DNA of 64,000 bases from Nitrospirota bacterium (GCA_963790205.1 CAWBNQ010000003.1:768001-832000); one strand, 5' to 3'; counted from the first letter of the stretch, positions 52,196 to 60,612 are shown. Numbers and translations: made by a program. The notes: generated by a model not told the origin, from the letters alone.

Positions 52196-52579
52196 ATGCA
52201 ATCGCAACTGACCGTGAGACTGCCGGAAGACCTTGACCGCGAGGTCTCCAGCGCAGCCAAAAGGCTTCGCCTCAAGCGCTCCGACATCGTGCGGCCGGCG
52301 CTGGAACAGTATCTGCGCGAGCCCCATGTTCAGGAGGAGCAGGCCCCCTACGGCAAAGTGAAACATCTCGTCGGCTCGGTCAAGAGCGGTATTCCCGATC
52401 CGGGCGCTTCTCACCGGGAGCACCTCGTGAAGCGGATCAGACGCAATGGATGGCATCCTGCTCGACACCGGGGCCTTTGTCGCGCTCCTGGACCGAAGCG
52501 AGAAGAACCATGCAAGGTGCGTAGCATTCTTCAGCTCCTTCCCTGGCAGAGTATTCACCACCGAACCCGTGCTTACTGA
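52196..52579 (+). CDS. Ribbon-helix-helix antitoxin (VapB-like); conserved part probably ends near 52450
   Basis: QLTVRLPEDL...RSDIVR RHH; GSVKSG motif; GAGGAGG RBS. Confidence 0.75.
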   Translation: MQSQLTVRLPEDLDREVSSAAKRLRLKRSDIVRPALEQYLREPHVQEEQAPYGKVKHLVGSVKSGIPDPGASHREHLVKRIRRNGWHPARHRGLCRAPGPKREEPCKVRSILQLLPWQSIHHRTRAY

Positions 52580-52859
52580 AGCCCTCTGTCTTCTCGGTCC
52601 GTCAATCAAGGCGCAACGCGCCTGTCTGGAGTTCATCCTCAAGGGCGGGGCCACTCTTGTGCCGCAATCAACAGCAAGCCTTGAACGCGCCGCTTCGCTC
52701 ATGACGAAGTATCATGACATCCCCATGGATTTCGCCGACGCGACGCTTGTCGCTCTCGCCGAAGAAACGGGTATCAATGAAGTTTTCACCCTCGACAAAC
52801 GGGGATTTCAATCTTACCGCATCCAAGGAAAGAAACCCTTTACATTACGGCCCCTATAA
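52446..52859 (+). CDS. PIN-domain VapC toxin
   Basis: LLDTG, VLTE, MDFADA, FTLD. Confidence 0.9.
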   Translation: MDGILLDTGAFVALLDRSEKNHARCVAFFSSFPGRVFTTEPVLTEALCLLGPSIKAQRACLEFILKGGATLVPQSTASLERAASLMTKYHDIPMDFADATLVALAEETGINEVFTLDKRGFQSYRIQGKKPFTLRPL

Positions 52860-52860
52860 A

Positions 52861-54060
52861 TTAAGAATGACCTAAACTCTTATATATCTCTTCGAAATTA
52901 ATACCTCCAATGGTTACGCCCTCATACGCTTCGGGAAGAGATTTTAAAACGCTCTCCAGATGACTTGAGGTTATACCGTGGGCAACGGAAAGTGATGCCT
53001 CCATATAAGCTGCAAGATGGTCACATGCCTTGATAACTTCTCCATCGACTGGAGAGAACCTGTCGTCGTTATATTGAGAATTCAATGAATCAGCAGGCAC
53101 AGCCTTTACCGTGCCATTTTCCAGAATCTTGCTGCTGAACTCGTCCTCGATGAAGTATTTTATCTCTTGGTGCCAGCTTTCAGGCAGGAGCGGAAGGATG
53201 CGTTCTTCTACCTGTTTCTTTTCGATTTCCTTGATCAAGTCTTCGAGTCCTGCAACAGACCTTTTAACCGGAGATACGATGTCCCGCGTCAAGACCTCGG
53301 GTAGATCATGGAAGAGACCAGCGAAGAAATTGTTTCTTACGCGGACATCACAGGCCCCAGCTTCCTCGGCACATATATAAGCAAGCACGGCAACAACCAG
53401 CATGTGCCCCATTACTGACGTGGCAGGAACCCTCGGCGATTTGGTCCACCGTTGCTGGAACCTGAGTTGGCCTACGAGGTCCGTGAAATTTCCGACTTTT
53501 TTTACGAGGCTGATCTTCTGCACCCCGATCATATCTGAATACAACTCGAGATCTTCCTCGATTTGCTGTTTCGTTTCGGTTATTTCATAAAAATGCTTGT
53601 TCAGTGGATAAACGATCCCGAATTCCCAATTCGTCGCTAGGTAGTGGGCCGCCTGGAGTATCCTCCGCTCATCGGGGAAGAGTCGCTCATTAAGTAAGTA
53701 AGCTTCAAAGCGGTCCATGAAGCCGCTGCTGATATCCCTGAGCGTATCGTTAAGCTGGTCGAGCACCCAACGGTTCAGCTTCTCTCCGCTATCGCGCATC
53801 ATCCGATGAAAGACCGGAGGCTTGATATCCGTGAGAACGGTCCGATGGAAAAACTCAAATAAGGCGCCCTCGATCAATACCTTCCAATCAACCGGAGATC
53901 CACCGCTCGTTTCTTCGAACTTCGCAAGAACATATGCATAAAACATTTTGTGTGCTTGTTTGTCTAATTCAGTAAAACCATGAGGTGGTCGGATATGGTC
54001 GTTCCAGCGTTGGATGTGGGCGGATTCGTAGATTAGTTCAAGGATGGCTTTAGTGATCAT
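52861..54060 (-). CDS. HD-domain hydrolase (YfbR-like 5'-deoxynucleotidase type, duplicated fold)
   Basis: QRWND...ELDKQAHK; RFQQRW...SVMGH...FHDLPE.LTRDI.SPVK; CDHL. Confidence 0.8.
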   Translation of the reverse strand: MITKAILELIYESAHIQRWNDHIRPPHGFTELDKQAHKMFYAYVLAKFEETSGGSPVDWKVLIEGALFEFFHRTVLTDIKPPVFHRMMRDSGEKLNRWVLDQLNDTLRDISSGFMDRFEAYLLNERLFPDERRILQAAHYLATNWEFGIVYPLNKHFYEITETKQQIEEDLELYSDMIGVQKISLVKKVGNFTDLVGQLRFQQRWTKSPRVPATSVMGHMLVVAVLAYICAEEAGACDVRVRNNFFAGLFHDLPEVLTRDIVSPVKRSVAGLEDLIKEIEKKQVEERILPLLPESWHQEIKYFIEDEFSSKILENGTVKAVPADSLNSQYNDDRFSPVDGEVIKACDHLAAYMEASLSVAHGITSSHLESVLKSLPEAYEGVTIGGINFEEIYKSLGHS

Positions 54061-54149
54061 AAGTGATTACGAACTGGTCGACAATAAACATATGATTGTC
54101 GCGCGTCGAAGGAGCGACATATTGCTACGACAGTGGAGCATTATGTTTA

Positions 54150-54638
54150 TCACCTTTTTCTGTTAAGTGGTGGCATTTCTAAGTGTTCATTAAAATAACG
54201 CTTCAGTAGGTCTCTCTCTGCTTTATCCGGTTGTGGATGAACTACATAATTGATAGCAATTGGTCCGTAGGTCTTAATTATATATTCATATCGTTTCCAA
54301 TTGTAGTCATCATCTCCACCTGCCTCCGTTGACGCATATTTGTAATGTCTATCGAACAAGCTAGTTATTGTTTTTCCAATATAGACAACGTCACTCGTGG
54401 ATTTTAGACGCGGTATCGCCCCCTTAGTGGTGGCCCAAACGTACACTACACCTACTGCACTATGTGCTTCATCGGATAAGAATACATTTTTAAACGCAAT
54501 TCGAAAGCTATCTCGGTTGCTACCTTCCAGTACTCCCGGAAGATTTTTTATTTCCCCATCAAGGTTAGCCATTAATTCATCATGATTCATACGTTTCATT
54601 CCTTTCTGCCTTTCTGGCGAAATAGCATTTATCTCCAT
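54150..54638 (-). CDS. GIY-YIG-like nuclease domain protein (start probably 54590)
   Basis: GVVY...VYIGKT..L..R...E...PPLN pattern. Confidence 0.65.
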   Translation of the reverse strand: MEINAISPERQKGMKRMNHDELMANLDGEIKNLPGVLEGSNRDSFRIAFKNVFLSDEAHSAVGVVYVWATTKGAIPRLKSTSDVVYIGKTITSLFDRHYKYASTEAGGDDDYNWKRYEYIIKTYGPIAINYVVHPQPDKAERDLLKRYFNEHLEMPPLNRKR

Positions 54639-54672
54639 GGTTGAGCGCGCAAATAAGGAATATCATTGTTAA

Positions 54673-55059
54673 TTACTTTCGTTTGACCTTTAGTACAACA
54701 ACTAGAGCCAAAACAGGAATTGGCACATCGCCATCGGTTTCCCAGCTATCGGAGGAGCTTCCGTTGTATGGTTTTAATGTTCTGCCATCCCATTCCCAGC
54801 TATCGGAGGAGCTTCCGTTGTATGGCTTTAATGTTCTGCCATCCCATTCCCAACTATCGGAGGAGCTTCCGTTGTATGGTTTTAATGTTCTGCCATCCCA
54901 TTCCCAACTATCGGAGGAGCTTCCGTTGTATGGTTTTAATGTTCTGCCATCCCATTCCCAACTATCGGAGGAGCTTCCGTTGTATGGCTTTAATGTTCTG
55001 CCATCCCATTCCCAGCTATCGGACGAACTTCCATTGTATGGCTTAATAGTTATGCTCAT
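54673..55059 (-). CDS. Perfect 18-aa tandem-repeat protein (KPYNGSSSDSWEWDGRTL) with hydrophobic C-terminal segment
   Basis: AGAGGTG RBS; all differences between units are synonymous in this frame. Confidence 0.85.
   Translation of the reverse strand: MSITIKPYNGSSSDSWEWDGRTLKPYNGSSSDSWEWDGRTLKPYNGSSSDSWEWDGRTLKPYNGSSSDSWEWDGRTLKPYNGSSSDSWEWDGRTLKPYNGSSSDSWETDGDVPIPVLALVVVLKVKRK
54741..55046. repeat. 54-bp tandem repeat, about 5.7 copies
   Basis: Units start at 54741, 54795, 54849, 54903, 54957 and 55011. Confidence 0.95.
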
Positions 55060-55288
55060 CGAATTTCACCTCTTTTATTAAATGGTGGGTTGATTGCGTA
55101 GAATAATGCTAAACTCGACAACTCAATATAAGCGCAGTCTGGTCCACAATAAATGAACGGCTATTCTTTCTCCTTTTATATTTTACTGTCGCTGGATAAG
55201 AGTGATCACCGACAAAAAATTTGTCGCGTAGAATGTGTCAACTGTCTTTTAAAGGCCCTATCGACTAAGCAGAGCTATGATATGACAG

Positions 55289-55317
55289 AGTGTATATAGG
55301 AAGGATGTACTTGTCAA
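55289..55317 (-). promoter_or_regulatory. sigma70-type promoter upstream of the repeat-protein gene
   Basis: Minus strand TTGACA-17bp-TACACT. Confidence 0.55.
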
Positions 55318-55455
55318 TAATATTTCTGGTTCACAAATCTAATGAGGGCCAATCATTTTTACTCGGGTTAGCTCGTAAGCGCCAAGTTGTTCTCCAGTCT
55401 GATTTTCTCAACTCCTCGACCACTGTTTCCTTCTTGGAATATCTATATCCTCACA

Positions 55456-55824
55456 TCACTTTAACTTCATCGTGCAGATATACACGCTGAGAACAGAGGC
55501 TTCCTGCGAATTATTGGGAAGCCCACCGGCTGTTTTGGCATCATAGATAAAATCAATTATGCCCTTTGACACTTCATAAGATAGCGAAGCCTCTTTGTAT
55601 CCATCAAGAAGCTCTGTCTTGGATGCACCTCTTTTATAATGGTCGAAAATCTGAGATCCATAAAGAGATGCTACATCCTTGCAGATTGAAGCATTCTGAG
55701 GTGTCATCTGGTTGAGATTTTTCTGTGCCTTCCTCGAAAGTTCCTTCGCATCAAATGCTGAAGAGGATGAACAGCCAGCCATTGTTACAAACATCACGAT
55801 AATCAAAAGCGCAAGCTTATTCAT
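55456..55824 (-). CDS. Hypothetical lipoprotein
   Basis: MNK plus hydrophobic stretch and MAGC lipobox; GGAG RBS. Confidence 0.75.
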   Translation of the reverse strand: MNKLALLIIVMFVTMAGCSSSSAFDAKELSRKAQKNLNQMTPQNASICKDVASLYGSQIFDHYKRGASKTELLDGYKEASLSYEVSKGIIDFIYDAKTAGGLPNNSQEASVLSVYICTMKLK

Positions 55825-55876
55825 ACGTGTTTTCTCCTGGCATTATTTTTTGTTACAGATATAGATCAATTATGCT

Positions 55877-56038
55877 TTACTTGCCCACTACATTTTCTTC
55901 AATGAACTTTAACCGCTCGGCCAAGTTTCTCCACGGCCCTCCACACATTTTCGCCATAAAAGGTGTAAGCATGCACTCTGGTTTATAATAACAATTATTG
56001 CACTTGATGGGTTTGTTTTCACCATTTTGAATTATCAT
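55877..56038 (-). CDS. 53-aa Cys-rich protein, not in the ORF track
   Basis: MIIQNGENKPIKCNNCYYKPECMLTPFMAKMCGGPWRNLAERLKFIEENVVGK*; ATG 6 nt after a -10 box. Confidence 0.55.
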   Translation of the reverse strand: MIIQNGENKPIKCNNCYYKPECMLTPFMAKMCGGPWRNLAERLKFIEENVVGK

Positions 56039-56044
56039 TCAAGT

Positions 56045-56077
56045 AGAATAACACCAGCTACTGACAACAGTATGTCA
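56045..56077 (-). promoter_or_regulatory. Putative WYL-activated promoter 2
   Basis: Minus strand TGACA-TACTGT-TGTCAG-N10-TATTCT-N6-ATG. Confidence 0.7.
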
Positions 56078-56455
56078 TACTCGAATAAGGGTTAAAGCTT
56101 TCTTTATCGTATTTAGCAAATATGCATTTTCTGGTGGCTTTATTATAAAATCAAATGCTCCCGTAAGAAATGCCTTCTTGGCCGTTTCCTTGCTCGCATA
56201 GTTCGCAAGTATGATCACCGGCATTCGCGGCCTGAATTCCCTCAACCTCCGTAGCGTTTCTAGCACTTCGAGCTCTGGCATGGTAGCATCCGTGTCTATG
56301 ACCGCTAGGGCGATTTCTTCTCTGGAAATTATTTCGAGTCCTTCCGCTGGGGATGTCGCCGAAATAGCCTGATAGCTCTCAGAGCAAAGAAGTCTGACAA
56401 GAGGCGCGAGAACTTCCTTGTTAAGGGTGATTATTAAAATTTTTTCATTATTCAC
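56075..56455 (-). CDS. Stand-alone atypical receiver-domain protein
   Basis: LAVID..., MPVIIL, GAFDFIIKP; lacks the N-terminal acidic pair; probable GTG start at 56455. Confidence 0.75.
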   Translation of the reverse strand: MNNEKILIITLNKEVLAPLVRLLCSESYQAISATSPAEGLEIISREEIALAVIDTDATMPELEVLETLRRLREFRPRMPVIILANYASKETAKKAFLTGAFDFIIKPPENAYLLNTIKKALTLIRV

Positions 56456-56462
56456 GAGATAT

Positions 56463-56496
56463 AAAATACCTTCTATTCCTGACAGCATTATGTCAG
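56463..56496 (-). promoter_or_regulatory. Putative WYL-activated promoter 1
   Basis: Minus strand CTGACA-TAATGC-TGTCAG-N10-TATTTT-N7-GTG. Confidence 0.7.
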
Positions 56497-56532
56497 TGGT
56501 TGAAATTTTTTATTTGAGAGAAAAATCAAGCT

Positions 56533-57513
56533 TCAGCGGCCTTTATTTTTTTTCTGATATAAAGCTGCCATTGATTTGAGTTCGCTTGCCACTTCTTTTC
56601 TGAATTCCGGCGGGGCAAGAACCTCACAGTCTGATCCCCAGTGATAAATCCAACGCCGGATCTCATCGGTGCCCTCAAGTGTGACCTTGAATATAATCGA
56701 CCCGTCTTTCTTGGTTTCTATCTTTTGTGATGGATGCCATTTCCGCCTTGTTATCCAGCGAGACATGCCGTGGCTGAACCTCAATTTTATCTCTACGGGG
56801 CTGCCATATCTGATGATATGCCAGCCTGCTTTGAAGTATTCATCCATGGAGAATCCCTGTGGAATGACATAATTTCTATGGGTTGCCGCGACATTTTGAA
56901 TGCAATCAAGAGCAAATTCCCGGATGCATTTCTTCTCGTGGCAGTAGGCAAGAGTGTACCAGACCCCGTTGCTGTAAAAGAGGCCATACGGATTTATCAT
57001 CCTTTGGGTCATCTTCTGGCTTCCCATAGCGTGGTACGTTATATCCAAGCTGACCTTCTCATCAAGGGCTTTTTGCAACGCGTCAAATTGCTTTTGAACA
57101 GCAGAAAAATCGTCGACGGGGTCTATATCAAACCAGTAATTTGAAGAAACGGTTTTCAGCCTTTGTCCTGTTTTATGTCCAGTCCCAAGCGTGATCTTCT
57201 TCATAAGACCGCTGTAAGCATTCGCAATCCCATGTCCCAGTTTGGAGAGCACAGCTTTGCTTGCCAGCATGGCCCTCGCCTCGTCAGTGGACAAATCAAT
57301 TTTTTTGAGCGAATAGCCTTCGGTAAATCGATAAGAGGCGGCGTCCTCATTAAAATAGACGGGGAAATCAAGAGAAAGCGCTCCGAGGTCCCTGTACACG
57401 GTCCTTTCTGCTACGCCGAAACGTTCGGCAAGACCTTTAGCAGTCACTTTCCCTCCTTTATCTATAAGGCTCAGGATTTCAACCATCCTGTTAACTCGTT
57501 TCATATCAGCCAT
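56533..57513 (-). CDS. wHTH-WYL-WCX transcriptional regulator (YafY/PafBC/DriD-like)
   Basis: LAERFGVAERTVYRDL HTH; R.INPYGL...WYTLAYC...REFALDCI; WHPSQ, W...WG..CEVLAP. Confidence 0.93.
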   Translation of the reverse strand: MADMKRVNRMVEILSLIDKGGKVTAKGLAERFGVAERTVYRDLGALSLDFPVYFNEDAASYRFTEGYSLKKIDLSTDEARAMLASKAVLSKLGHGIANAYSGLMKKITLGTGHKTGQRLKTVSSNYWFDIDPVDDFSAVQKQFDALQKALDEKVSLDITYHAMGSQKMTQRMINPYGLFYSNGVWYTLAYCHEKKCIREFALDCIQNVAATHRNYVIPQGFSMDEYFKAGWHIIRYGSPVEIKLRFSHGMSRWITRRKWHPSQKIETKKDGSIIFKVTLEGTDEIRRWIYHWGSDCEVLAPPEFRKEVASELKSMAALYQKKNKGR

Positions 57514-57522
57514 GGATACTCC

Positions 57523-60500
57523 TCATTTTCCCTGTGCATCATCCGTGGAGGCCGCTCCATCACACATCACCTCATTCGGGCAATAACGGCATTTGTTCTC
57601 GTCCTGCGGCGTTGAGGTGAAATTGCCCGCCAGGATGGCCTCGATTGCCTTACGGGCCTTGTCCATGCTCTGATTCAGGATCGTCTCGAATTCATCTGTG
57701 CTTTTGGGGCTTGCGTTGGGCTTGGACGAGGGGTGATCGTTCCGCGCTTCCTTGTTAAAGAGCACAACGTCCCGGGCGCCTGCCCGGGTCTTGCCCGCGA
57801 GATCGTAATACGCGAGGCCTATCGGTTTCTTCAATGCCGGACCCTTGGCGAGCAATGCCCGCTGTGACATGACCGCATAGACGGGGAGTTGAAAAATGTC
57901 CTGGTCAACGTTCATTTTCGGCAAAGGATATTTGCCCGTCTTGTAGTCTACGATGATGAAGTTCCCGTTCTCGTCCACGTCGATTCGGTCTATCCTGGCC
58001 GAGAGTTCGACTTCCTCGCCGTTCGAAAGAAGAAGCGGATAACGCTCGATCTTTTGTTCAAGGTAGGCCGGACGGAATCCTTGTTTCCAGAATTTCTCTT
58101 CCGCATCAAGGAATCGCTCAGCCATGACGGTCAGGAACAGCTCTTTCTCCCGCCGGTTGCGGAAGGTGTCGGCCTCGGGATCGAAGGCTGAGTCAGCGAG
58201 TTTTCGTAAGATCGTCCGCGCCTCATCCCGGGCCGCTCTCGTGACGGGCCTGGTCCAGGAAAGATAGAAGTTCCGGAGGATCGCGTGCACTTTGCTGCCG
58301 CGGGCCATGGGCGAAATGTCTTCGGTCGGCTCTTCGAGCGGTTCGATGCGGAGAACGTATTTTACGTAATAATCGTAGGGGCACTTGAGGTAATCGTCCA
58401 GCTCGGTGACCCGGAATTCCCGTTTCACGAACGGCGTGTTACCCTGAGCGCGTTCTTCAGGCTTATAGTCGAGGGCTGATCTGATCCCGGACACGCCTTC
58501 GATGTTCGAATTCAGGATCTCATCGAGCCCTTTGATGCTCCCCGCAAGACCGATCGCCTTTGCCAGTTCAGGAACGCTGCGACTGTCCTCGATCTTTAAA
58601 CTGAACTGAATACCGGAGGTCTTCCCGATCCCGCGATTCAGCAGGCCCGCCTCCTTGAGCGGGGTCAGCTCCTCCAGAAAGGGCGACGGCACCACGGGCC
58701 TGTCGCCCTCGTTCTCCGGCCAGGTCAGCGTGATAGTATCAGCCGAGAGCAGGAGACGGTAAAAATGATAGGCTGCGTTCAGGCGCGCCCGCTCAAGCGT
58801 GCGCACGCCCATGGCCTCGAGCGTCTGCTCGGGAAGGAAGATGTTCTGCGGCAGGCGTTGGGGAAACTTGCCGTCTGCAAGCCCGCCGAGGTAGATCTCC
58901 TGCCAGGGAGTGCCCAGGCTTTCCTCGAGCCCCAGGATCTGCACGCCCCCTTCGTCCTCGGGCGGCACCTGGAAGCGGGTGTGCATGAAGGTCTTCTTCA
59001 AAAGGAAGAGCCATTCGTGGAACGTATGCGTATAGCCGGCGAAAAGGCTCCCTGCCCGGGCAAGCGACCCCAGCGTTTCGATCAGTTTCCGGTAGGCCTG
59101 GAGATTGACATTGAGGGGGCCGTGAATTGCCGCGACCCTGGCGCCGAGGCCTGACCAGGCAATGAGAACGTCGAGGCGCTTCATCCAGATATTGAGCGGC
59201 GCAGTATCCTGTGAAGAAAAAGGTTCGAGTGCTGCAAAGAGCTCGTTCAATGGTCCGGTCAGTACGTCGGAAGCGCTTTCATCAAGCTTGTGGAGTTTAA
59301 GCGCTGCAAGGAGTTTCTGCCTGCCGCCAATAATGCGCCTGTCCCGCATGAGCCGGTCGAGCGCCGGAGCGATCGTCCGGTTTTCGGCGAACTTCAAAAA
59401 AGGAGAACTAAAGACGCGCAGGAGCGACGGGCCGGAGAAATCTTCCTGGCATGCGCGAAGGAGCGAGACCACGGCAATGGCAACCGCCGAGGTGCTGAGC
59501 TGCCTGCCAAGCGCGCGGTTGTAGGGGATGCCGTAGTCGTTGAATATCTCTTCCACGAGCGGGCCGTATTCGTCGAGCGCGGGAAAGGCAATGAGGATCG
59601 AGTCCGCCAATGTGCCGGTTTTGAGCGATCTCTTCACCTCGCCGGCGATGAGCGTAACCTCTTCACGGGTATTCACGGCTGAGAGCAGATTGATCGTCTT
59701 TGCGAACGATGAAGGTTGGGGAGCTTTGTCCGCTATCTCGGAAAAAGGCCTGTCCGAAAACAGGGCCGAGGCAAGGAACAGCTGCTCGTCATCCGCGTCA
59801 ACTCCCGCCTCCTTCGGAAGGACCCCGATACTGACAAGAGAATCGTGAACAATCCTGAGGGGATGATATTCACCTGCACGTTTAAGCAGGTCTGATGAGG
59901 GAACGTTAACGAGCCATGTGCAGTTTCCGCAGTCCGCCACTTTTTTAAGAATGTCCGCTTCGAGCGGGCCGATGTCCTGAATGCCGTCGATGATGATCGT
60001 GCGATAGTGCGCCAGCCAGACGGGATCGAAGCGGTCGCGAAGGTATGCGCGCATCCCCGCGGGATCGGTAAGGTTGCCCTCTTTTAGAGCGTTTTGATAG
60101 CGGGTATACACGTCAAGGAGCAGCCGGACTTGCGGTTTGTCGAAAGAATCCGAACCTTGTATCTTTACCGAGAGGTCGTCGGGGTTTATGCCGGCGCCCG
60201 AAAGCTGCTCGATCATTGTTGCCACTGCCGAGGTGAGCGACGGCGCGAGCAGGTCGGGACTGAGAGGGAATGAGGAGAAATTGCTCAGGCGTTCTTTCAC
60301 GATGCCTTCGAGAAGGACCAGCCTGCTGTTCTCGTCCATCAGAAGGGGCCCGTTGAGACGGCCATAGAGCAGCTGAAGGAACTGGTGGAGCGTCTGGACC
60401 TCGGGCTGGACCAGCGCGGCGGACCCTCTGCGCTCCGCGAATTCCAGGAACAGCCTGCCGTACATCCGCTTCATGCGCGAAGAGGGCACGAGGATTAGAA

Positions 60501-60612
60501 CGTCGTTATACAGGAAGGGCGCAGCCGGCCGCGAAGACAGAACATCTTCAAGCACGCGCTTTTTTTCTTCCCAGCCGGCGCTTCCATATGGCAGAACGAG
60601 CGCTTTCAACAT
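57523..60612 (-). CDS. addB: AddB-type PD-(D/E)XK nuclease subunit
   Basis: KCPY, RGSKVH, RIDRID...IVDYKTG, QLPVY, CRYCPNEVMC (Fe-S staple Cys); neighbour of addA. Confidence 0.88.
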   Translation of the reverse strand: MLKALVLPYGSAGWEEKKRVLEDVLSSRPAAPFLYNDVLILVPSSRMKRMYGRLFLEFAERRGSAALVQPEVQTLHQFLQLLYGRLNGPLLMDENSRLVLLEGIVKERLSNFSSFPLSPDLLAPSLTSAVATMIEQLSGAGINPDDLSVKIQGSDSFDKPQVRLLLDVYTRYQNALKEGNLTDPAGMRAYLRDRFDPVWLAHYRTIIIDGIQDIGPLEADILKKVADCGNCTWLVNVPSSDLLKRAGEYHPLRIVHDSLVSIGVLPKEAGVDADDEQLFLASALFSDRPFSEIADKAPQPSSFAKTINLLSAVNTREEVTLIAGEVKRSLKTGTLADSILIAFPALDEYGPLVEEIFNDYGIPYNRALGRQLSTSAVAIAVVSLLRACQEDFSGPSLLRVFSSPFLKFAENRTIAPALDRLMRDRRIIGGRQKLLAALKLHKLDESASDVLTGPLNELFAALEPFSSQDTAPLNIWMKRLDVLIAWSGLGARVAAIHGPLNVNLQAYRKLIETLGSLARAGSLFAGYTHTFHEWLFLLKKTFMHTRFQVPPEDEGGVQILGLEESLGTPWQEIYLGGLADGKFPQRLPQNIFLPEQTLEAMGVRTLERARLNAAYHFYRLLLSADTITLTWPENEGDRPVVPSPFLEELTPLKEAGLLNRGIGKTSGIQFSLKIEDSRSVPELAKAIGLAGSIKGLDEILNSNIEGVSGIRSALDYKPEERAQGNTPFVKREFRVTELDDYLKCPYDYYVKYVLRIEPLEEPTEDISPMARGSKVHAILRNFYLSWTRPVTRAARDEARTILRKLADSAFDPEADTFRNRREKELFLTVMAERFLDAEEKFWKQGFRPAYLEQKIERYPLLLSNGEEVELSARIDRIDVDENGNFIIVDYKTGKYPLPKMNVDQDIFQLPVYAVMSQRALLAKGPALKKPIGLAYYDLAGKTRAGARDVVLFNKEARNDHPSSKPNASPKSTDEFETILNQSMDKARKAIEAILAGNFTSTPQDENKCRYCPNEVMCDGAASTDDAQGK

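Noticed and set aside
54741..55046. 54-bp repeat array as a CRISPR array
   Set aside because: Units are contiguous with no unique spacers, no cas genes are present, and variation is purely synonymous in one reading frame
54641..55081. Plus-strand repeat ORFs (146 aa and 108 aa)
   Set aside because: Shadows of the minus-strand gene, which has the RBS, cassette orientation and fully synonymous variation
52861..56500. Integron cassette array or prophage explaining the AT-rich cassette
   Set aside because: No integrase, no attC-type RYYYAAC/GTTRRRY ends and no phage structural genes recognised
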